Positions 50,875 to 60,947 of a stretch of DNA of 64,000 nucleotides are shown here, in pieces; positions within the stretch are counted from its first letter, which is position 1; every line of letters begins with the position of its first letter. This DNA comes from Mobula hypostoma. Its lineage: Eukaryota. The position numbers and the translations under genes were made by a program. The stretch is from assembly GCF_963921235.1 (NCBI RefSeq), contig NC_086098.1, forward strand, positions 5,766,001 through 5,830,000, written 5' to 3'. The notes under the pieces were generated by a model. It had not been told where the DNA came from. It saw only the letters and a program-made list of their open reading frames with translations, and did no database searches.

Positions 50875-52665
50875 TGTTACAGCTGGGGATGGTAATGGGG
50901 ATAAGCTCCCACTAACTATTAAATGCTCCCAATGGCATGTGTCTCAAATAGTCTCTGACAACCAATGCCAGCTCCTGGCCTTCATGTGTGGCTTAGCTTA
51001 TAAGCCTGACAGAACTGAATCTACGGACGGGAGAAGGAGCAAAGGTGGGTTACAGTTGCTTTGGGCAGATGGGGCTCATTAGCCGTGGTTGGCAGCTCAT
51101 CTTGGAGGAGCAGGATAGATATGTTCCACAGAGGAAGAAGCTCTCAAACAGGAGGGGTAAGCTACCACGGCTGACAAAGGAAGCTAAAAACCAAAAAAAG
51201 GCATATAAGGTAGTAAAAGTGAGTGGGAAGTTGGATGACTGGAAAGTTTTCAAAATCTAACAAAAGGCAACTGAAAAAGCTTTAAGAAAGGAAAAGATGA
51301 AATATTAGGGTAGATTAGCCAATAATATAAAGCAGGATACCAGAAGTTTTTACAGCTATATTAAGAGTGAAAGGGAGGTGAGAGATGATATTGGACCACT
51401 GGAAAATGATGCCGGTGAGGTAGCAAAGGGGGACAAAGAAATGGCAGATAAACTTAATGGGTACTAAGAAAGCAATGCAATTGCAGCAGGGCTTAGACAA
51501 ATTGGAAGAACGGGCAAAAAAGAGGCAGATGGAATACAGTGTTGGGAAATATATGATAATGCATTTTGGCAAAAGGAACAACAGTGCAGACTATCAGCTA
51601 AATGGGTTGAAGGTTCAACCATCAGAGCATAGTAAATCAGTGGAAGTCTCTGCCACAGACTGCAGTGGAGGCCAAGTCTGTGGGTATATTTAAGGCGGAA
51701 ACTCATTGTTTCCTGCTCAGTCAGGGCACCAAAGGATATGGCGAGAAGACAGGTGTATGGGGTTGACTGGAATCTGAGATCGGCCATGATGAAATAGCAG
51801 AGAGCAGACTCAATTGGCTGAATGGCCTAATTCTGTTCCTATGTCTTATGTCTTCTGCCTTATGAGAAGGAAAACTCTAATCTCAAAGTTACCTTGCGGC
51901 TATACCCACTTATAGGGAAGGCTTCAGGAGTAAACCCCTAGAAAAAAATTTGGAGCTGCAGTTCTAAGTTCTAAGTTCCTAAGTTGAATTCAATGCTGAC
52001 TGGCAACTCCTGCGATGTTGCTAGTACCAAACGATATTGGTCTTTGCCATTCCTTTAGATTCATCAGCTGTGTGGAGAGGGGAAGCCTGCTATATGGGCA
52101 ACAGCTTGCTCTCCATGTTGTATTGCTCAGGCTTGCATTGTCCGACCCTTAAACCCTGCCTCCCATATAACCTCCCAACCTTAAATTCCTCTATATACCT
52201 GCCTAGTAGTCTCTTAAATTTCACTAGTGTACTTGCCTCCACCACTGACTCAGGCAGTGCATTCCACGCACCAACCACTCTCTGAGTAAAAAACCATCCT
52301 CTAATATCCTCCTTGAACTTCCCACCCCTTACCTTAAAGCCACGTCCTCTTGTACTGAGCAGTGGTGCCCAGGGGAAGAGGCGCTGGCTGTCTACTCTAT
52401 CTTATGTTGGCTGGAGTCAGTGCTTTATGTTTTGGTTCTTGGTAGGGTCACCCATGTCATACAGATCGAAGGGGAGAGGCCAGACTAAGAGTAGCCCACC
52501 AGTCCTCCAGGTTCGGGCGTTCAGTTCAGGGTCAACAATCCTGAATGGTAAAACAAATTTGTTCCAAAAACACCAATGAAGAATCCTTCTACATCTGTGA
52601 GTGATGGGATAGACAGTCAGAGATGGAAGACCTCCCTTTACTGCTGCCCTAAACACCAGCAGTGT
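50875..52665 (+). mobile_element. Long non-coding RTE-associated element with two nested CR1 fragments (about 51111-51852 plus, 52139-52401 minus)
   Basis: Segments are collinear with the inverted copy at 380-876. The nested CR1 pieces give GQMEYSVGK..MHFG and VGAWNALPESVVEA. Confidence 0.6.
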
Positions 52666-52684
52666 AAATTATATGTGCTATATG

Positions 52685-52990
52685 TGCCATTTTAGAGGCT
52701 TGTTTCTCAATGGATGACTCCATTAACAAGCATATTGAACTGGATGCCATTTACAAACCTATGCGTCTGTGGGATGGACACCGAGAGGTGAGTCACGGAA
52801 ACCCGAGGAGCCAACGCACACAATGTCCCATAACCAGGGATACGGAACCATGGAGGTCACTCAGCTATCTGGTTGGCTGAGACCCAGCGGAGACCAACGG
52901 TCAGTGTGACAGCCAACCAATTACAGTAATGAGTCGGACCAATACAAACATGAGCACTCAGCAAAAAGAACACTCAATTGCACACTGACT
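52685..52990 (+). mobile_element. Penelope-like ORF C-terminus fragment
   Basis: LEACFSMDDSINKHIELDAIYKPMR resembles the FLEAW..SIN.HI.L..IY..L ending of Penelope ORFs. Confidence 0.55.
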
Positions 52991-53444
52991 GGTGCAACAT
53001 TTGTGACATATCCTCCAGGCTCAGCAAACAACCCTACAAGCATATGTGTTACTGTTGGCGCTGTGTTTTATACCTTGGCCGCGGAGTAACACTGTTTCGT
53101 TTGCCTGCATCTATGGATATTCATGTATAGTTGAATGATAATTAAAATTGAACTTGAACTAGTATAAGCTACGAAGCCCAAAACATTCACTGTTTATTTA
53201 TCTCTATAGGTGCTGCCTGACCTGCTGAGTTCCTCCAACATTTTCTTTGTGTTGCTCTGGATTTCCAGCATCTGCAGAATCTCTTGCGTAAATGAAGAGA
53301 TCGTTAAAGTTGATAATCTATGGATCATGACCTATATCATGCGCAAACAGATTCTTCCACAAATGGGTACAGAGTTAAGCAATTAGTAATAAGTTTACTG
53401 CTTTGGTGAGGATAACCTGCTGGGGGAAGCTTCAGTGGCTGGGT

Positions 53445-54072
53445 CAATGACACTACGTTGATCGGCCTTATCTTAAACAATAACGAGGTGGCCTACAGGG
53501 AAGAAGACATCTCTTTGACACAATAGTGCCTCTTTCACCTCAGATGGTTGAGGAAGTTTGGTATGGGCCCTCAAATCCTAAGAACATTCTACAGGGGCAC
53601 AATTGAGAGCATCCTGACTGGCTGCATCACTGTCTGGTATGGGAACTGTACCTCCCTCAATCGCAGGACTCTGCAGAGAGTTGTGCGGACAGCCCAGAAC
53701 ATCTGTAGTTGTGAACTTCCCACGATTCAGGACAGTTACATAGACAGAGGTGTAAAAAGTGCCCTTAGGATCATTGGGGACCCGAGTCACCCCAACCACA
53801 ATCTATTCCAGCTGCTACCATCCTGGAAACGGTATCGCAGCATAAAAGCCAAGACCAATAGGCTCCAGGAGAGCTTCTTTCACCAAGCCATCAGACTGAT
53901 TAATTCACGCTGATTTGAGTGTATTTCTATGTTACATTAACTGTTCTATTTATTATTTTATTATAAATTACTATGATTTCATATTGCATATTTAGATGGA
54001 GACGTAACGTAAAGATTTTTACTCCTCATGTAGTGAAGGACGTAAGAAATAAAGTCAATTCAATTCATTTCA
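53445..54072 (+). mobile_element. Rex1/Babar 3' fragment
   Basis: LRKFGMGPQILRTFYRGTIESILTGCITVWYGNC..DPSHPNH.LFQLLPS.KRYRSI..RLQESFFHQAIRLIN and a (caatt)n tail. Confidence 0.9.
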
Positions 54073-54074
54073 GT

Positions 54075-56665
54075 TCTGGCACTGAGACTAGCTCTGTGAC
54101 TTAGAAGAGGAGTGCAGTAGTGATAGGGGATTCCATAGTTAGAGGGCAAGACAGGAAATGCTGTGGATCTGAAAAAGATACCTAGATGGTATGTGGCCTC
54201 CTAGATGCCAAGAACAAGGACGTTTTGGATCGAGTTAATGGCATTCTAAAGGGGGAGGGTGATCAGCCAGAAGCCTTGGTAAATATTGGTACTAATGACC
54301 TAGGTGGGGAAAGGGAAGAGGTCCTGAAGAGAGAATATACAGAGTTATCTAGAAAACTAAAATGTAGGGGTCCAGGGTAGTAATTTCTAGATTGCTTCCT
54401 GTGCCATGTGCCAGTGAGGGTAAGAATATGATGAGACAACACACATTGATGAAGTGTGGATGTAGTGTATAAGGATTTCAGCAAGGCATTCGATAAGGTT
54501 CCCTATGCGAGGCTCATTCAGAAAGTAATGAGGCATGGGATCCAAGGAGACCTTGCTTTGTGGATCCACAATTGGCTTGCCCACAGAAGACAAAGAGTGG
54601 TTGTAGATGGGTCATATTCTGCATGGAGGTCAGCGACCAGTGGTGCTCCACAGGGATCTGTTCTGGAACCCCTCCTCTTTGTGATTTTTATAAAAGACTT
54701 AGATAAGGAAGTAGAAGGGTGGGTTAGTAAATTTGCTATGTCACAAATGTTAGGGGTGTTGTGGATAGTGTGGAGGGCTGTCAGAGGTTACAGTAGGACA
54801 TTGATAGGATGCAGAACTGGGCTGAGAAGTGGCAGATGGCATACAACCTAAATATGTGTTTAGTGGTTCATTTCAGTAGGACAAATTTGAAGATCTAATA
54901 TAATATTAATGGTAAAACTCTTGGCAGTGTGGAGGATCAGTAAGATCTTGGGGTCCATGTCCACAGGACACTCAAAGCCACTGTGCAGGTTGACAGTGTT
55001 GTTAAAAAGGAAGTGTGTTAGCCTCATCAAACACACCTCCTTTTTAACAACACTGCGGGATTGAGTTCAAGAGCCATGAGTTAATGTTACAACTATACAA
55101 GACCTTAGTTAGACCCCACTTGGAGTAGTGTTTTCATTTCTGGTCACCTCACTACAGGAAGGTTGTGGATACTATAGTGAAAGTGCAGAGGCAATTTACA
55201 AGGATGTTGCCTGAATTAGAGAGCATGCCTTATGAGAATAGGTTTGAATGAACTTGGCCTTTTCTCCTTGGAGAGATAGAGGTGTATAAGATGATGAGAA
55301 GCATTGATTATGTGGATAGCCAGGGGCTTTTTCCCAGAGCTGAAATGGCTAACATGAGGGGCATAGTTTTAAGGTGCTTGGAAATAGGTACAAGGGGGAT
55401 GTCAGGGATAAGTTTTTCACACAGAGAGTGATGGGTATGTGGAATGCACTGCCAGCAAAGGTGGTAGAAGTGGATACGATAGGGTCTTTTCAGAGACTCT
55501 TAGATAGGTACATGGAGCTTAGAAAAATCAAGGGCTATGTGGTCGGGAAACTCCTACATCCTATGTTTCTAGAATAGGTTACATGTTGGCGCGTGGCCCA
55601 GTGGTTAAGGCATTTGTCTAGTGATCTGAAGGTCGCTAGTTCGAGCCTTGGCTGAGACAGTGTGTTGTGTCCGTGAGCAAGGCACTTAACCACACATTGC
55701 TCTGCAACGACACCGGTGCCAAGCTGTATGGGTCCTAATGCCCTTCCCTTGGACAACATCAGTGGCGTGGAGAGGGGAGACTTGCAGCATGGGCAACTGC
55801 TGGTCTTCCATACAACCTTGCCCAGGCCTGTGCCCTGGAAACCTTCCAAGGCAAACCTTCCATAGTCTCATGGTCTCATGAGACTAACGCATGCATATAA
55901 GGTTACATGGTCGGCACAACATTGTGGGCAAATGGCCTGTAATGTGCTGTAGATTTCTATGTTTCTATGATTTGGCAGATGAATATGTGGCTGAAGAACT
56001 GGTGCAGGGGAAAGGCTTCAAATTTCTGAATCATTGGGATCTCTTCTACGGAAGGTATGACCTGTACAAAACAGATGAGTTACACCTGCACTTGAGGAGT
56101 CCGATATCTTTGAGGGCAGGTTTGCTAGAGCTGTTGGGCAGGGTTTAAACTAATCTGACAGCAGTATGGGAACTGGTGTGATAGGGCTAAGGATGGGGCA
56201 GTTAGTTTACAAACAGGCAGTATGCAGTGAGACAGTGAGGAAGGACAGGCAAATGATAGGGCAAAATTGCAGGCAGAGGGATAAGTTAAAGTGTAACAGG
56301 GGGCCAAAATTAAAAAGGGTGATGATATGGAATAAGATAGTTCATCTTGTAGCAGAGTTGGAGATTGGCAGATATGACGTTGTGGGCATCTCTGAATCGT
56401 GACTGAAATAAGATTATAGCTGGGAGTTTAACATCCATATACACAGGGTATCAAAAGAACTGCCAGGTAGGCAGAGGGATTGGCATGGAGTATATTTTCG
56501 GCAGAGGTTGATAGATCCTTGATTAATCAGGGTGTCAAAGGTTATGGGAAGAAGGCAGGAGAATAAGATTGAGAGGGATAATAAATCAGCCACGACGGAT
56601 TAGTGGAGCAGACCCCATTGGCTGAATGGCCTAATTCTGCTCCTATATGTAATGGTCCTATGGTC
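54075..56665 (+). mobile_element. Nested CR1 cluster: ORF1 esterase/endonuclease fragment interrupted by a second CR1 (about 54456-55968)
   Basis: Outer element: IGDSIVRG..NIGTNDLG (SGNH-like ORF1), resuming at about 55975 with QGKGFKFLNHWDLF..DELHL and GRYDVVGISE. Inner element: DVVYKDFSKAFDKVP..GAPQGSVL.PLLF. Confidence 0.85.
55588..55899 (+). mobile_element. tRNA-derived SINE, family A (copy 3)
   Basis: TSD aggttacatg (55576-55585, 55900-55909) inside the CR1 3' UTR. Confidence 0.9.
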
Positions 56666-58130
56666 AGTAGCAGTGTACAAAAGTTGAGAGACAGTCACAC
56701 ACAGACACACCATTACAATGAACCATGTCATACTTGCTTCATTTCTCTTTCATTGTATCACACTGCCCCACACTGCAGAATACCACAGTCTTCACTTTAA
56801 TCCTTTGGAGATCTTCACAAGCCCATTTTACTGTCAGGTTTCAAAGACTCGTTTTCTGCTGTCTTCCTACACACAGAGATAGTCTGTCTTTCTGTACCTT
56901 ACTTCCATCTGAAGCACCCCGGGATACTTTGCACGTTAAAGGCTCCCTATCAATATATTGAAATAAACAGATGGAAATGATGAGTTGTGTGTGGCTGGTG
57001 ATTTCCCAGGAAACCTCGCGATGATGCTAATTCCTTGTGCAAAACCTGGAACCTTCTCTTTAAAATGTACTATCGTCTGATCAATGAATTTCTACACTGC
57101 ACCGATGAATGTTAACAAACAAGTAGTGATATAGCCACCTTGTGTGTTGGCACACCATAATCTGACAGAGCAGCTTTACAAACACCTGACATTCAATAGA
57201 TTTCTTGATGCTGGATTTGTCATTTTGCACAACAGCTTCAGATGCTACAAGGTCACTCAAGTCACAGTCAAAATTATTTGCTATACAGATATAACACTGG
57301 AGAAAATGATCCCAGTTCAGTGATTTGTGGGGATTGAATGGAGCTGTCATGGCAAAAAAAATGGTAAAGCATCAGTTGGTGAAAGGTTACAAGCTGAACA
57401 CATCAGTGGGGAAGTCCAGTGTTAAAAAAAATAACAAACTCATGTTGATGAGGCTCGGTGAAAGGTCTATAAGATATTCCGACAGCAAGAGGATGTCAAG
57501 GGGAGATTCAAAGAATATGTGGAAAATTAAACAGTAAATTCAAGAAAAATCAATGACATTCCAAATGCATTCACATCGTTCTCTGGCGGATGGGTTCTGC
57601 CTGGCTCTTTGGAATGAATGAAAGAATAGACATGTAAGAGCCATGTATCTATTTTCTGTCTGTATTTTATTGTATTTTGTGTTATGCGTTTATTACGGGT
57701 AATTTCCTACATGGGTTGGGTCGTGGTAGAAGTGAAGAGTATAGTTATGTATTCATGCCTTATCTTCATATTGAGCTGAGTCTAGTGAGAGCCAGGTTGA
57801 GCTACAGACTGTTTTGTTTTGTTGACTGCAAACTTCGCTTATGTACGCAATTAACAACGGTAACTTCCTTATTATGCTAAGGTCGATTATATATACTATT
57901 AGATCACTCATTATATTGTTACTTGTTATTATACTGCTTGTAGCATTGTATTGCGTATTTTATTTTCGGTAGTTTTATCGCTATAAGATTGTTCGTCTTT
58001 ACTGGTTTCTTAATAAAGGATCGAATGTACAGTTTTGAGTTTAGTTGTGGATAATGAGCCACCATGCAGTGTCAAGGCCTCCCCACGCTCTGTCTCTAAG
58101 CTGTCTTGGTTTGTTTTCAAGCAACCGCTA

Positions 58131-58405
58131 CAACTGATAAACGCTCTGGTGCAAAAACCCCAACATGGCGGTCGCAGGCCTGGCTGTGAAGGAGAAGGGT
58201 TGGGTAGGTAGCTAGCAACCCCATCCCGTAAAAACCCAGAGCTATAGAAATGCCAACAGAGGCTCCAAAGACCTCATTCCTGGCAGAAGAAGGATCTTTG
58301 AAGAGTGGTTACAACTGGGGACGATCTGAAAGACTGGCCCGGGACTGACGACCCTGGTGAGCTGCTGTCGGTGGCCTGTGTCCCAGTTGTGATGAAGAAG
58401 AAGAA
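58131..58405 (+). mobile_element. Short RTE-derived non-autonomous element (twister-like 5' end joined to an RTE 3' end)
   Basis: ggcggtcgcaggcctgg..ggagaagggttggg..gctagcaaccccatcccgtaaaaacc at the 5' end. The 3' end translates GYNWGRSERLARD*RPW*AAVGGLCPS (RTE ORF terminus). (GAA)n tail. Confidence 0.72.
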
Positions 58406-58680
58406 ATTGGCACAAACATAGGATAACATTTAAGCCATTTTGTTTTTAATTTCTAACTCCATAAATCATTTCCATTCAGTTCAGCTTCTTCATTGCCTGG
58501 TGACACCTGGTATATTTAGTTTCTCGAGTTACCTCATCCCTTATCAACAAGGCCTAATAACGTGAAGATTTAGCTCAGTGAATACCTATGGATTCAGGTT
58601 CAGATTCATTTATTTATATATAGGATACATATACATTCATATAGTATTTATATATATAATGGATAGTTAAGATACGTATT

Positions 58681-58976
58681 GGTGCGTGGCCAAGTGGTTA
58701 AGGCATTTGTCTAGTGATCTGAAGGTTGCTAGTTCGAGCCTTAGCTGAGGCAGTGTGTGTGTCCTTGAGCAAGGCATTTAATCACACATTGCTCTGCGAC
58801 GACACCGGTACCAAGCTGTATGGGTCCTAATGCCCTTCCCTTGGACGACATTGGTGGCACGGAGAGGGGAGACTTGCAGCATGGGCAACTGCTGGCCTTC
58901 CATACAACCTTGCCCAGGCCTCCGCCCTGGAAACCTTTCAAGGCGCAAATCCATGATCTCATGAGACTAACGGATG
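58681..58976 (+). mobile_element. tRNA-derived SINE, family A (copy 4), with (TA)n tail
   Basis: Homologous to the other three copies; (TA)n at 58977-59000. Confidence 0.9.
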
Positions 58977-59828
58977 TATATATATATATATATATATATA
59001 AGTTAGGATACATACAAGCAGGCCCTTTCCACTGAGGTTGGGTGAGATTAGAACTAGATGGTGAAAAGAGAAATATTTAAAGAGAACATCTGGGGGAATT
59101 TCTTCACTCAGAGGATAGAGGGAGTGTGGAATGGGCAGTGGAATGGATAAATATGGGGTTAATTTGAACATTTATGAAAAGTTTGGATAAGTACATGGAT
59201 GAGTCAATGGGACTAGGAAGAATAACAGTTCAGCATGGACTAGATGGGCTGAAGGGCCTGCTGCTTTGTGGTAGTGCTTTATGACCCTAGGAACTGATGA
59301 TTTAGCTTGGTGAATATCTATGGACTAACCCGCAGTTAGGAAATGGAAAGAAAGCTACTCGAAGTACATATATGTTACCATCTACAGCCATGAGATTAAT
59401 TTTCTTGCAGGCATTCACAGTAAATACAAGAAACGCACTAGAATCAATGAAACACCGCCCCCTACGGACGGACAAACAACTAATGTGCAAAACACAATAA
59501 ACAGTGTGAATACAAACAGAGAGAAACCTATAGAGTAGTAACCAGAACAGAATCAGCGCAAGACCTACCATCCAACTAGAGTGTTCAACCAATGTGCAAA
59601 TAGAACAAACTGTACAAATACAAAAAAAAGGAAATGATAATAACAAATAAATAAGCAGTAAAAATCAAGAGCCAGAGATGAAGAGGCTTTGAAAGGGAGT
59701 CCATAGGTTATGGGAACAGTTCAGTGATATCTGTAACAGAATCAATGAAAGACTGCCCAACTAGGGCATTCAACCGGAGTGCAGGGGACAAACTGAGCAA
59801 ATAAAAAAAAAGAAAACCAGTATTTGGT

Positions 59829-60048
59829 AAACACAAAATACTCTGCAGATGCTGGGGTCAAAGCAACACGCACAACATGACGTAGGAACTCACCAGGTCG
59901 GGTAGCATCCGTGGAAATGAACAGTCAACGTTTCAGGCCAAGACCCTAACTCCCTCCCTCTTCAGTCCTGACAAAGGGACTCAGCCGAAACGTTGACTGT
60001 TCATTTCCACAGATGCTGCCCGACCTGCTGAGTTCAACCAGCATTTGG
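59829..60048. mobile_element. Penelope pseudo-LTR pair in inverted arrangement
   Basis: 59886-59947 is the imperfect reverse complement of 59975-60034. Hammerhead-like cagtc ctgacaa agggactcagcc gaaac gtt gactg at 59963-59999. Confidence 0.8.
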
Positions 60049-60947
60049 TTCTTGAATCAACTCTAACAATCCTGTCATGGAAGATTATTGGCAGTAGGAA
60101 AGAAAAGTTAGATTGATCTTAAGTAGATTAAAAGGTTGGCACAACATCATGGGCCAAAGGGCCTGTACTGTGCTGTAATGTTCCATGTTGTATGCTCTAA
60201 CCCTAATCACTACAGTTCAGCAACACCATGCCCACAAGAGATTAGCTTTCATTTGTCACCTGTACATTGAAACATACAGTGAAATGCATAAATTTGCTGG
60301 GGGACCTACCTGGGGGAAGCAACAGTTGCTGTGCCTCTGGCACTGAGTCTGGCCCTGTGGCTCAGAAGGGCAGGAAACAGAAGAGGATGGTAGCAATGAT
60401 AGGGGACTCTATAGTCAGGGGGCAGATAGGCAACTCTGGATTTTCTGTGGATGTGAAAAGAAAACAAGACCTTGCTTAAAGGTTTCAACCCAAAATGTTG
60501 ACTGTACTTTTTTCCATAAATGCTCCCTGGCCTATTGAGTTCCCCCAGCATTTTGTGTGTGTTTACAAGTAGATGATGGATATAACATGAAAGTAAGGAA
60601 GGACAAGTCAATGATTGGGTACAAATGTAGACAGAGCAAAGAGTTAAATTTTACCACAGGGGCAAAATTCAAAAGGGTGAAGAAGGCAGGACTGAAGTTG
60701 CTGTATTTAGATACTGTACACGTGGCACTCGGAGTAAGATAGATAAGCTCGTGGCACAATTAGAGATTGGTCAGTATGACATCATGGGCATCACTGAGTC
60801 ATGGCTGCAAGCTGGCCACAGATTGGAGCTTACCTGGTTTCAAAAGGACAGGCATAGGCAAAGGTATGGTTCTGTTGGTAAGAGATGGAATTATATCTTT
60901 AGAAAGAGATTACACAGGGTCAGAGAATGTTGCACTTTTGTGGGTGA

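Noticed and set aside
55588..55660. tRNA genes at SINE heads (also 50457, 58681, 3320-3390, 19460-19530)
   Set aside because: A and B boxes are present, but each continues into a SINE body, several with TSDs, and no complete cloverleaf is evident.
57633..58132. Solo LTR (TGTA...TACA with AATAAA)
   Set aside because: No matching TSD and no second copy in the window; plausible but unsupported.
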